The translations under genes were made by a program, and so were the position numbers. The notes beneath the pieces are model-generated. The model was not told where the DNA came from. It saw only the letters and a program-made list of their open reading frames with translations, and made no database searches. Positions 29,017 through 38,483 of a stretch of DNA of 64,000 nt are shown here, in pieces; the first letter of the stretch is position 1; each line of letters begins with the position of its first letter. Source of the stretch: a virus; the IMG/VR virus record IMGVR_UViG_3300009163_000019. One strand, written 5' to 3'.

Positions 29017-29846
29017 AAATCAGTAAAGAATTAGCAGAGCAAATGTATCAATTTAATGTTGTTCATGGACAATACTTAGTTGGAGAATCAATAAATCATT
29101 TAGATGTATTTTCAAAAAGCATAGAAATCTCAGATGATTTACAAATAGTTTGTGTTACAGAAAAAAACTCTCCTAGTTTTTTAAAAGGAAAAAAAATAAT
29201 AGGAAGACCAATTTATTGGCAAAGTAATTATGAAACTTATACTAGATGGAGTACAAAAATTATAGGATTATATGATTATTTTAAAGATAATTATAATACA
29301 TTACCAAAATATATAATGTATTTAGATTCTTATGATACTATGCTTATTAAAGATATTTTGAATCCTAAAGAAATGCTAGACTATTATGGATGTAAAGTAC
29401 TTTTTAATTCTGAAAATAAGTTTTCAGGGCTTGGATATCCAAACCCAGACGGATATTCAAACTACTGGCAATCAATGCAACATCATTTTGACTCCTACAA
29501 AGAACTAACTGAAAAAAAATATGGAAATCCAGGACCTGAACCAGGTCTTAATGCCGGTGTTTTTTTAGGAGAAAAAGAATTTATGATTGAGATGATTACA
29601 ACTATGTATGAATATCTTATTGGAAGCCCTGCAAATGGATTTCCATATGGTACAGGTGCAGATCAGGAAGTATTTAAATATTTTCAAATGCAAAATTTTG
29701 ATAGTGTAGGTTTAGACATATTTAATAAGTATTTTTATTGGGGATGCGCTGGGTATTTAAATCCTGGTCCTGATGACGATTTTGGAATAGATTATTTTAG
29801 AATCAAATATAAAAATCATTACGAATCTAAAATAAATAATAATTAA
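29010..29846 (+). CDS. PLOD/procollagen-glycosyltransferase-like GT-A protein
   Basis: MYLDSYD, KVLFNSE, LNAGVFLG, DQ. Confidence 0.6.
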   Translation: MVKISKELAEQMYQFNVVHGQYLVGESINHLDVFSKSIEISDDLQIVCVTEKNSPSFLKGKKIIGRPIYWQSNYETYTRWSTKIIGLYDYFKDNYNTLPKYIMYLDSYDTMLIKDILNPKEMLDYYGCKVLFNSENKFSGLGYPNPDGYSNYWQSMQHHFDSYKELTEKKYGNPGPEPGLNAGVFLGEKEFMIEMITTMYEYLIGSPANGFPYGTGADQEVFKYFQMQNFDSVGLDIFNKYFYWGCAGYLNPGPDDDFGIDYFRIKYKNHYESKINNN

Positions 29847-29886
29847 TTTAATAATAAATAATATTTTATTATTTAAAAAAAAAGTT

Positions 29887-31674
29887 ATGCTTAAAAAAGT
29901 AAGTGATCTTATTGCTGAGTTTTTAAAAGAAAAAGAAATTGATGTTGTATTTGGTATTATAGGATCTGCCAATTCACATATATTTGATTCAATTAATAAA
30001 TTAGGATACACTAAAATTATTAATACTCATCATGAACAAGCAGCAGTGCTTGCAATGGGAGCTTACTATAGAGCATCTGGAAAATTATCTGCTGCAATAG
30101 TAACTGCCGGCGGTGGTGTAACAAATGCTGTTACAGGCGTTGTAAGTAATTGGGCTGATTCTATTCCTGGAATTATTATATCTGGACAAGAAAATTATAA
30201 CTATGTTAGTACACAAGAAAACCTACGAATGTATGGTACTCAAGGATTAAATATAACTAAGATGGTTAAAGATGTTACTAAATTGGCTATACCTTTTGAT
30301 GATAATTCTGATATACAAACTACACTAGAAATACTTGATAAAGTAACAATCGAGGGTAGACCCGGTCCAGTATGGTTAGATATTCCAATGAATTTACAGG
30401 CAAAAATGGTTCAAGAAAGAAATTGGAAATTTAATGTGCCAAAGAAAAAATACTTTAATGCTGAAGATATTATAGATGAAATTAATTTATCAAAAAGACC
30501 GGTAGTAATAGGAGGGAATGGAATTAGATTATCAAAATCTAAAAAAATTTTCCAAAAATTTATAGATATATCGAGAATTCCAACCCTGTTATCATGGTCA
30601 GGTATAGATCTGCTAGATGATAATAATGAAAACTTTTTTGGAAGATTTGGTTTATATGGACAAAGAGCCGCAAACTTTATTGTACAAAATGCAGATCTAG
30701 TTATTGTATTAGGAAGTAGATTATCTCTACCACAAGTTGGATATGATTTTAGTCAGTTTGCAAGAGGCGCGAAGATAATAATAGTCGACATAGATGAACT
30801 AGAAGGGGCTAAATATCAAGTATATAAACATATAAAAGAAGATTGCTTTAATGTAATATCAGGCATTATAGAAAAATCTTATATGATGTGGGGATATAAA
30901 CAAGAATGGGTATCATATTGTCAAGTTATAAAAAATAAATATCCTCTGATAGAAAACTATCACAAAGATAATGAATATCTGAACTCATATAGATTTATAA
31001 CTAAGATGTCCGATTATTTAAAAGATGATCATATAATAGTAACTGATATGGGAACGGCTTTACTCAGTGGACATCAGAATATAAAAATAAAACAAGATCA
31101 AGTAATGTTTACATCTCAAGGTCTTGGTGAGATGGGTTATGGTCTTCCTGGTGCATTAGGAGCTGCTCTTGCATGCCCAAACAAGCCTGTGCTATGTATG
31201 AATTGTGATGGTGGTATTATGATGAATTTACAAGAGTTACATACTATAATTGAAAATGAATTACATAATATAAAAATCATTATATTCAATAATGATGGTT
31301 ATTTAATGATCAAGCATACACAAAAAATGCTATTCAAAGGAGACTATGTTAGTGTAAATAAAAAAACAGGAATTGGATTGCCTAATTTTAGTAAGCTATT
31401 ACCTGCATTCGGATATGATTATTATGAATTAAAAGATTGGGATAGTTTAGATTCTACAATGAATAATTTTTTAAATAATTCTAAAGCTGCTGTATTAGAA
31501 GTATTCATGGATCCTGAGCAAGACTTTATTCCTAAAGTAAAAGGAGTTCTAAAAGAAGATCTAACTATATTAGCTCCACCAATTGAAGAGATGTCTCCAC
31601 TACTTTCATTAGATGAAGTTAGAAGTAATATGATAATAGACATTAGTGAAAAAAGTAAAATAATAAAGAGATGA
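29887..31674 (+). CDS. ThDP-dependent acetolactate-synthase-like enzyme (YerE-type sugar C-branching enzyme)
   Basis: HHEQAA, GRPGPVWLDIP, GEMGYGLPGA, CDGG...NN; located in an NDP-sugar cluster. Confidence 0.85.
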   Translation: MLKKVSDLIAEFLKEKEIDVVFGIIGSANSHIFDSINKLGYTKIINTHHEQAAVLAMGAYYRASGKLSAAIVTAGGGVTNAVTGVVSNWADSIPGIIISGQENYNYVSTQENLRMYGTQGLNITKMVKDVTKLAIPFDDNSDIQTTLEILDKVTIEGRPGPVWLDIPMNLQAKMVQERNWKFNVPKKKYFNAEDIIDEINLSKRPVVIGGNGIRLSKSKKIFQKFIDISRIPTLLSWSGIDLLDDNNENFFGRFGLYGQRAANFIVQNADLVIVLGSRLSLPQVGYDFSQFARGAKIIIVDIDELEGAKYQVYKHIKEDCFNVISGIIEKSYMMWGYKQEWVSYCQVIKNKYPLIENYHKDNEYLNSYRFITKMSDYLKDDHIIVTDMGTALLSGHQNIKIKQDQVMFTSQGLGEMGYGLPGALGAALACPNKPVLCMNCDGGIMMNLQELHTIIENELHNIKIIIFNNDGYLMIKHTQKMLFKGDYVSVNKKTGIGLPNFSKLLPAFGYDYYELKDWDSLDSTMNNFLNNSKAAVLEVFMDPEQDFIPKVKGVLKEDLTILAPPIEEMSPLLSLDEVRSNMIIDISEKSKIIKR

Positions 31675-32522
31675 TAATTAAAGCTGGAATTATAGGAACA
31701 GGAAATATTGGAACAGATTTATTATTAAAAATATTAAAGACAAAGGAAATCTATCCAGTAATATTTGCAGGTCGTAGAATGGATTCAGATGGAATTAAAA
31801 TTGCAGAAAGTAAAAGAGTCCCAGTAACTGATCAAGGTATTAATTATTTTATAAAAAATCCTAAGTGCTGTGATGTAGTTTACGATTGTACAAGTGCGGC
31901 GGATGCTATTGAGCATGCTAAAATATTTAAAGATCAAGGAATTAAAGTAATAGATCTAACACCAGCAAAAGTTGGACCTTTATGTGTTCCTAGTATAAAT
32001 CCATCTATAATATTAGAAGAGTCTAATGTCAATATGATTACGTGCGGAGGACAAGCCTCTATTCCTATGCTTAATTTAATATCTAAATATTGTGATAATT
32101 TAGAATATATAGAAGTTGTTTCACAAATTGCCTCTAAGAGTGCAGGCATGGCAACTAGAATTAATGTAGATTCTTATATTCATACAACAGAAAGAGCAAT
32201 TAGACAATTTACTGGTTGCGATAATTGTAAAGTTATACTTAATTTAAATCCTGCAGAGCCATGTGTTGATATGCAGACAACAATGTTTATTAAATTTAAA
32301 ACAATTGATTTTAATGGTTTAGTTAAAGAGATTTATAAAAAAGTAGAAGAGTTACAAAAGTATATTCCATATTACGAATTAGTCCTTCCACCAGTTATTA
32401 ATGATGATGTATTAGTTTTAAGTATTAAAGTGAAAGGATCTGGGGATTATCTTCCTGAATATGCAGGTAATTTAGATATAATTAATTGTGCTGCTATAGA
32501 AATAACTAAAAATTTATTTTAA
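31671..32522 (+). CDS. mhpF: Acetaldehyde dehydrogenase (acylating), DmpF/MhpF family
   Basis: GTGNIGTDL, IDLTPA, NMITCGGQA, YAGNLDI. Confidence 0.93.
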   Translation: MIIKAGIIGTGNIGTDLLLKILKTKEIYPVIFAGRRMDSDGIKIAESKRVPVTDQGINYFIKNPKCCDVVYDCTSAADAIEHAKIFKDQGIKVIDLTPAKVGPLCVPSINPSIILEESNVNMITCGGQASIPMLNLISKYCDNLEYIEVVSQIASKSAGMATRINVDSYIHTTERAIRQFTGCDNCKVILNLNPAEPCVDMQTTMFIKFKTIDFNGLVKEIYKKVEELQKYIPYYELVLPPVINDDVLVLSIKVKGSGDYLPEYAGNLDIINCAAIEITKNLF

Positions 32523-33520
32523 TGGGTAAAATAATAATAACAGATTCATCTTTAAGAGATGGCAATCATGCAGTAAAACATACTATAAGTTTAGATAGTA
32601 TTAAAAGATATTGCCAATTTGCAGATAGTGCAGAAATTCCAATTGTAGAAGTTGGGCACGGAAATGGATTAGGAGCTTCATCTTTATTAATTGGTCTATC
32701 ACCATATACTGATAAACAAATATTAACTACGGCAAGAGAGAACTTAAAAACAAGTAAATTAGGAATACATATTATCCCAGGAATTGCTACTATTAAAAAA
32801 GATATAGATCAAGCAATTGATTTAGGTGTAGATGTATTTAGAATTGCTACCCATTGTACTGAAGCAACACTATCCAAATCTCATATTGAATATTTAAGAA
32901 ATAAAGATAAAACTGTATTCGGAGTGCTGATGATGAGTGCTTTAGCTGATGTAGAGACGTTGGCTAAAAATGCTAAGATCATGGAAGAGTACGGCGCAGA
33001 TGCCGTTATTATAATGGATTCTACAGGAACATATTTACCTTCTGATGTTAAGGAAAGAATGGATGAATTAAGTTACACTTTAGATATTGATTTTGGTTTT
33101 CATGCACATGATAATTTAGGTTTGGCAACGGCTAATTCATTAGTAGCTGCTCAATGTGGAGCAAAATATATAGACGCTTGTATTAGAGGATTTGGAGCCG
33201 GAGCCGGCAATGCTCATTTAGAAATGTTAATTCCTGTTTTAGAAAAAGCAGATTTTGATATTGATATAGATTTCAAAAAAGTTATTATAGAAGCAGATAG
33301 TGTTATGGATTACTTAGTACCTAGTGCACCAATATCTACACCAGTAAATATATTAACAGGACTAAATAGATTATTTTCAGGATTTGAAAAACCTATTATC
33401 AAAGCGTCTAAATTATTTGGTATTGAATATTCATCTTTAATATTTGAACTTGGAAATAGAAAGTTAGTTGCTGGCCAAGAAGATCTTATATTGGAGGTAG
33501 CACAAAAATTAAAGAAGTGA
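32522..33520 (+). CDS. dmpG: 4-hydroxy-2-oxovalerate aldolase, DmpG/MhpE family
   Basis: DSSLRDGNH, EVGHGNGLG, ATHCTEA, HAHDNLG, GAGAGN, VAGQED. Confidence 0.93.
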   Translation: MGKIIITDSSLRDGNHAVKHTISLDSIKRYCQFADSAEIPIVEVGHGNGLGASSLLIGLSPYTDKQILTTARENLKTSKLGIHIIPGIATIKKDIDQAIDLGVDVFRIATHCTEATLSKSHIEYLRNKDKTVFGVLMMSALADVETLAKNAKIMEEYGADAVIIMDSTGTYLPSDVKERMDELSYTLDIDFGFHAHDNLGLATANSLVAAQCGAKYIDACIRGFGAGAGNAHLEMLIPVLEKADFDIDIDFKKVIIEADSVMDYLVPSAPISTPVNILTGLNRLFSGFEKPIIKASKLFGIEYSSLIFELGNRKLVAGQEDLILEVAQKLKK

Positions 33521-34335
33521 AAATACTAGTTACAGGAGCTAATGGCTTTATAGCAAAGAATTTAATCCCTGGTTTAAAAGATCACAATGTGATAGAAATT
33601 TCCAGGCAAAATTTAGATTTAAATAATAGAATTGAAGTAGATAGATTTTTTAAATACACTTCATTTGATATAGTAATGCACTGTGCTATATCTGGAGGTA
33701 AAAGAGATATAGTAGATGGTCCTGAAGTTTTATGGGAAAATTTAAGTATGTTTTATAATTTATTAAATAACAAAAGTAAATTTAAAAAACTGATTAACTT
33801 TGCATCAGGAGCAGAACTTGATCGATCACAATCAATTGATCTAGTTTATCCAGATTTTAGAGATAGATATCCTTTAGATTATTATGGTATGTCCAAGAAT
33901 ATTATTTCTAGAATAGTAGACTCAGAAAAAAATATGCACAACATTAGAATATTTAATGTTTTTGGGGATAATGAAAATGATCATAGACTAATTAAATCTA
34001 GTATTAAAAAATATATTAATAAAAAAGATATCATTATACACCAAGATAAATTAATGGATTTTTTTTATATAGAAGATCTAATATCTCTAATTAATTATTA
34101 CATTGATAATAACTCTTTTCCTAAAGATATTAATGCAGTATATAAAACAAAATATTATTTGTCAGAAATAGCAGGAATAATAAATAATTTATCAGACTAT
34201 AAAGTAAATATTAAAATAGAACAGCCAGGTTTTTCTAGTTCATATATAGGAAAGGGAATAATAACAGAAATATTACCTATAAAATTTAAAGGTTTAGAAA
34301 CAGGAATTACAGAAATATATAATAAATTAAAATGA
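33517..34335 (+). CDS. NAD-dependent epimerase/reductase (extended SDR)
   Basis: ILVTGANGFIA, SGAE, YGMSK. Confidence 0.85.
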   Translation: MKILVTGANGFIAKNLIPGLKDHNVIEISRQNLDLNNRIEVDRFFKYTSFDIVMHCAISGGKRDIVDGPEVLWENLSMFYNLLNNKSKFKKLINFASGAELDRSQSIDLVYPDFRDRYPLDYYGMSKNIISRIVDSEKNMHNIRIFNVFGDNENDHRLIKSSIKKYINKKDIIIHQDKLMDFFYIEDLISLINYYIDNNSFPKDINAVYKTKYYLSEIAGIINNLSDYKVNIKIEQPGFSSSYIGKGIITEILPIKFKGLETGITEIYNKLK

Positions 34336-35615
34336 AAAAAATAAGTTTTATAATCAATGCTTCTAATAATACTTTAGATCATATAAAGTTATTACTTAAA
34401 TCTTTAAAACAAAATCTACACAATAAAGAGCACGAAATCTTAATATTTGTAGATTCAGATAATGAAGGATTGACAGACTATTTAAGAAGTCAAAAATTAA
34501 ATTTTCATGATCTTAAAATAATAACACATAAAATAAAACCTTGTATAGGATACTCTAGGAATAGTAACCTATTAGTTGAACTAGCTAAACACGACATAGT
34601 AAGTTATCTTCAAAGTGATATGGTTATATCTACTAACTATGATCAAGATCTATTATCAGAGATAGAAGATAATTGTATCCTCAGCGCCACCAGAGTCGAA
34701 CCACCATTACATGGTTATTCAGACAAGGTAATTACAATGGATTTCGGAACCGATCCAAATTCATTTAATATGGATTCCTGGAATAGTTATGCAAATAAAA
34801 ATAAAGAGAATAAATCTATAGAATACTTTTTTGCTCCATTTACTTTTTATAAAAAAGTTTGGCTAAGCATAGGAGGATATGATACTCTATTTAGAAGATC
34901 TAGAGAGGATTCAGACTTACTTCAAAGATTTATACAATCTGGTATTAAAATTAAACAAACGTTTAAAGCTAATGTATATCATTTTAGTTGCGTAAGTTCT
35001 AGAGGAAAAAATTGGTTTGATCAGAATAATGAAATAGCAAAAAAAAGAACCGAGCTACAACAGATTGCAGATGGTATTGAGCTAAGAAGATTTATAAAAA
35101 AGTGGGGAGGTTTTAATCACGGAGAAAGCACACTATTAAAATTAGATATGGATCTAGTTATCAAAGATGATCGTGAATTAAATCCAATGTTTTTAGCGCA
35201 AGTAGAAGTTTATTTTTCAAGGGTTTGGCTAAAGACAGAAGAGCATAGAGAAAAGTGCATCAATCTATTTTCAAGAGAACATGATCCTGCAAATGAATTA
35301 TTAGGTTTTACAAATCAAGATTGGGAGGAGTCAAAGAAATTTTATAACCAAACAAATTTTGCTAAAATTTATAATGTAGGTACACCTGAGGATTATAATA
35401 TTAAAGTTGAAGTTGATTTTACTAATGTAGATCCAAAAACAGATGTGTTTATACAAAATGTAACGCGCCTGGGTCAAATTATAGAACCTTATGAACCAGG
35501 AATATATGAACTAGGATCAGCTAAAATAGAGGTCAGGACTGTGGTAAACTTAGCTCAGGATCAAATCGTTATAAATAATCCTCCATTTGATTATTCACTA
35601 TTATCAATAGAATAA
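34332..35615 (+). CDS. GT2 glycosyltransferase (paralogue of 26078)
   Basis: QSD, RVEPP, GGYD..F, REDSD, VYHF. Confidence 0.85.
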   Translation: MKKISFIINASNNTLDHIKLLLKSLKQNLHNKEHEILIFVDSDNEGLTDYLRSQKLNFHDLKIITHKIKPCIGYSRNSNLLVELAKHDIVSYLQSDMVISTNYDQDLLSEIEDNCILSATRVEPPLHGYSDKVITMDFGTDPNSFNMDSWNSYANKNKENKSIEYFFAPFTFYKKVWLSIGGYDTLFRRSREDSDLLQRFIQSGIKIKQTFKANVYHFSCVSSRGKNWFDQNNEIAKKRTELQQIADGIELRRFIKKWGGFNHGESTLLKLDMDLVIKDDRELNPMFLAQVEVYFSRVWLKTEEHREKCINLFSREHDPANELLGFTNQDWEESKKFYNQTNFAKIYNVGTPEDYNIKVEVDFTNVDPKTDVFIQNVTRLGQIIEPYEPGIYELGSAKIEVRTVVNLAQDQIVINNPPFDYSLLSIE

Positions 35616-35632
35616 GATATTTATATAAAAGA
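35614..35632 (+). promoter_or_regulatory. Putative late promoter motif (G)ATATTTAT
   Basis: Identical 19-mer AAGATATTTATATAAAAGA also at 53182 and 54756; core recurs just upstream of many starts. Confidence 0.6.
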
Positions 35633-35639
35633 TATAATA

Positions 35640-35951
35640 ATGGAAGCTGTAAATCCTAGATTCAATATAACTGTAGCCGGTAAGAAATACGGTTTACAAT
35701 TTGATGTTAACTCCAATCCCACAAAAAAGGGAGTTAAAATGCAGTTCATCCTTGATCAAGAATTTGAAGATCCTAGAGATAAACAAATGCTTGCCAATGA
35801 AATTAGTGTAGCACTACAAAAAAAGTACGGTGCTGCTGGAATTATGATAGACTACGATGACCGCAACCCATTTCGAAATGTTATAGGGTTTATTGTGCCT
35901 TTAAATTCCGTTGCTATGATGCTTATAAAAGCAATGAAAGGCGGAAGTTAA
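35640..35951 (+). CDS. Hypothetical protein
   Basis: ORF downstream of late-type motif. Confidence 0.65.
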   Translation: MEAVNPRFNITVAGKKYGLQFDVNSNPTKKGVKMQFILDQEFEDPRDKQMLANEISVALQKKYGAAGIMIDYDDRNPFRNVIGFIVPLNSVAMMLIKAMKGGS

Positions 35952-35970
35952 AAAATTAATTAATATAGTT

Positions 35971-36321
35971 ATGAAGAGACCTGTAAGAGCTCTATTTGAA
36001 AATCCACAAGATCTCAGAGCAGAAGATGTGTCAAAATCTGAAATACTAAAAGATCTTTTAAAGAATCATGTACCATTAGCTATTGAGAATGCGATAGTTA
36101 AGAAGAAGATCTATGCTTCTGTATTTGAGATCAATGATTCAAAACAGTTTGTAGAAATTCATAAAAATAATTGGGTACAAGCTTTAGAAACCTGTTTAGT
36201 CTGGTATGTAGAAGACGAAGATTACGAAATGTGTAACCACATAAAAAATCTTATCTTTACTATACAAGATAAAAAAAAATTAAGTAAGATTTCTATACAA
36301 CAAAATAAAAGTAATGGATAG
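35971..36321 (+). CDS. Hypothetical protein with UVR-like helical motif
   Basis: YVEDEDYEMCNHIK. Confidence 0.55.
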   Translation: MKRPVRALFENPQDLRAEDVSKSEILKDLLKNHVPLAIENAIVKKKIYASVFEINDSKQFVEIHKNNWVQALETCLVWYVEDEDYEMCNHIKNLIFTIQDKKKLSKISIQQNKSNG

Positions 36322-36721
36322 TGAATATAAGCAAATACAATTAGGTATAGATTCTATTTTAAATACCAAGACATTTATAAGAAGAAAGAAGAAAACTCAG
36401 TCTGATAAAAAGAGAGAGTTATTTCACCAAGTTATTAATGGAATAGATGAACTAAATAATAGGCAGACTATAATGTATGCTGATCTAGATTTAGATTTTT
36501 CTAATTATGATGAAAAGTATTTTGCAATAATAGATTCTCTATTGTATATAAATTTTGGAAAAGAGTGTATGGATTTAATAGGTTTTTATCTTTATGATAG
36601 AGTCAATATAGATGGAACGATTAATCCTCTAATTGTAAATGATTCAGAAGAATTGATATTAAATAATCCATATGAGTTATGGAATATACTATGTCAAATA
36701 AATCCCAAACTAAGTGAGTAA
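36314..36721 (+). CDS. Hypothetical protein
   Basis: Co-oriented overlapping ORF. Confidence 0.6.
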   Translation: MDSEYKQIQLGIDSILNTKTFIRRKKKTQSDKKRELFHQVINGIDELNNRQTIMYADLDLDFSNYDEKYFAIIDSLLYINFGKECMDLIGFYLYDRVNIDGTINPLIVNDSEELILNNPYELWNILCQINPKLSE

Positions 36722-37463
36722 GACTTATAATTTTACTAAAGAGAATATGCAGAAAGGAGTCCGACCAGAAGAATGGTGGCATAAAGGACTTCAATTATCA
36801 GAACAACAAGTAAGGGAAGCTATGGCTAATAGTCGTAGTAATAAAGAAGCTGCTAGATGGTTAGGTATAACTGATATAACATATAAAAAATATGCAAATA
36901 GTTATATTGATGAAACTACAGGAAAAACCCTATTCCAATTACACATGAATCAGTCAGGTAAAGGTATGCCAAAAAATTGGGTAGGAGGTAAATGGAAAAA
37001 AAGTTTAGATGAGATGTTAGTAGAGAATCAACCTATTAATTCTAAAAGAATAGGAAGATTAAAAGAGCTACTAATGATAGATGGCAGACTTGGATATCAA
37101 TGCTCAGCATGTAAATATGCAGAGAAGAGATTAACTGATATGAAAGTTCCTCTATTACTTAATTTTAAAAATAATATAAAGAGTGATTGGAGAATAGAAA
37201 ATCTTCAATGGCTTTGTTATAACTGTCATTTTCTTTTTGTAGGAGATATCTTTAGTAATAAGATGCTACAAAAAGTTGAAGCACTTCCATTACACACAGA
37301 AGGAATGAAAGAAGAAGTTCAAGAAGTTTATCAACTTGATGACTTTTACTATGAACATTTAAAGAAATTAGGCCTAGATAATCAAGGCGATATTTTATTT
37401 AAAGATCCTGATATTGTTGACTTTGAAGATGACAGAGACGAGTTTATTGATATCCGCACATAA
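36714..37463 (+). CDS. HTH + degenerate HNH domain protein
   Basis: SNKEAARWLGITDITYKKY HTH; CSAC...ENLQWLCYNCH. Confidence 0.7.
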   Translation: MSKTYNFTKENMQKGVRPEEWWHKGLQLSEQQVREAMANSRSNKEAARWLGITDITYKKYANSYIDETTGKTLFQLHMNQSGKGMPKNWVGGKWKKSLDEMLVENQPINSKRIGRLKELLMIDGRLGYQCSACKYAEKRLTDMKVPLLLNFKNNIKSDWRIENLQWLCYNCHFLFVGDIFSNKMLQKVEALPLHTEGMKEEVQEVYQLDDFYYEHLKKLGLDNQGDILFKDPDIVDFEDDRDEFIDIRT

Positions 37464-37611
37464 CTTATTGATAATCAATCACTTGCAACTGATTGATTTC
37501 CAACCACTTATAACTAATTGATTTTCAATCGACAATTTTTGTAAAAGGCTAAAATAAATTTTTTTGTTTCAGCAGAATGGTATAATTTTACCATATAACA
37601 AATCAATCAAG
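37461..37611 (+). promoter_or_regulatory. Early-promoter cassette copy 1 (three 25-bp boxes + A/T tracts + TAATTTTA core)
   Basis: Boxes at 37461, 37486, 37511; core at 37583; shared AACAAATCAAT leader. Confidence 0.75.
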
Positions 37612-38472
37612 ATGAAAACATTAGTAACAAAACAAAAGTATCTTAATCCAGAAACAGGCAAATTAGTAGGTTATGTTAGAGCTAAGACTTTAGGTCTTAT
37701 TCCTGGATCTATTCCAAAAGAAACAGTAATAGAGTCTAATGAAGACTTTCAAGTTGAGACTGTTCGTATAACAGATCTTGAATTCAATGACAAATTATTT
37801 GTTCCTGTTTCCACTGGAAATAATAACCTAAATAAATTTATCTCTTCAGACGGAGGTTTCATGCCTGCTACAAATATTATCTTAATCGGTACTCCAGGTA
37901 TCGGTAAGTCTACTGTAGGCATGGATATGATCGTTCGTGCTAAACGTCAAGGTAAAAAAGTTTTGTTTATCTCTGGCGAGATGAATAGAATAGACATGTT
38001 TAGATATTGCAGACGCTTTCCTTCTTTTGGTGAACTAGATATTCTTTTTGTATCTGACTACATTAAGTCAAATCCTGTAAAAGCAATAGAGAAAGTTCTT
38101 CAGAATGGTTATGATCTAGTCCTAGTAGATTCTTGGGCTGAAGTATGCAGAACTGTAAAAGACTTTTCTGGAATGAGTACTACTAAAGCCGAGAGTTGGA
38201 TTTTAGATCTTATGGAAAATCATAATGAAGCTAGAAACAATGCAAATCTTCACACATGTTTCTTAATCATTCAACAAGTTACCAAGTCAGGAGAATTTGT
38301 TGGATCTAACAGACTTAAGCACATGACATCCGCTATGCTTGAAATGTATCGTGATCGTGCCGAGGATAAAAATGTTATGGAGTTTAGTAAGAATCGTGTA
38401 GGTAGTGCTGGTGACGGTATCTCCTTCAAAATATCTAAAGACAAAGTAACCTATTCAAAAATTGTAAGATAA
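37612..38472 (+). CDS. RadA/Sms-like RecA-family ATPase (start corrected to ATG 37612)
   Basis: GTPGIGKS Walker A, LFISGE, VLVDS, VTKSGEFVG...LKH, KNR. Confidence 0.8.
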   Translation: MKTLVTKQKYLNPETGKLVGYVRAKTLGLIPGSIPKETVIESNEDFQVETVRITDLEFNDKLFVPVSTGNNNLNKFISSDGGFMPATNIILIGTPGIGKSTVGMDMIVRAKRQGKKVLFISGEMNRIDMFRYCRRFPSFGELDILFVSDYIKSNPVKAIEKVLQNGYDLVLVDSWAEVCRTVKDFSGMSTTKAESWILDLMENHNEARNNANLHTCFLIIQQVTKSGEFVGSNRLKHMTSAMLEMYRDRAEDKNVMEFSKNRVGSAGDGISFKISKDKVTYSKIVR

Positions 38473-38483
38473 AAATAAAAGTT

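Noticed and set aside
29887-31674. Acetolactate synthase for branched-chain amino acid synthesis
   Set aside because: No small subunit or other ilv genes; context fits YerE-type sugar branching
31671-33520. DmpFG as an aromatic-degradation auxiliary gene pair
   Set aside because: No dioxygenase, hydrolase or hydratase present; the pair is coupled to a ThDP enzyme and SDR inside a sugar cluster
14283-35615. Bacterial chromosomal O-antigen locus or prophage-host junction
   Set aside because: Interspersed phage-type hypothetical genes, the same promoter/leader motifs as the flanks, and no wzx/wzy, integrase or housekeeping genes
37461-37535. 25-bp tandem repeats as a mini-CRISPR array
   Set aside because: Repeats abut with no spacers, are degenerate, and sit at a fixed distance from a promoter core; no cas operon
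37564-37611. TTG start at 37564 for the RadA-like gene
   Set aside because: Lies inside the conserved promoter cassette; ATG 37612 matches the start position in the other copies
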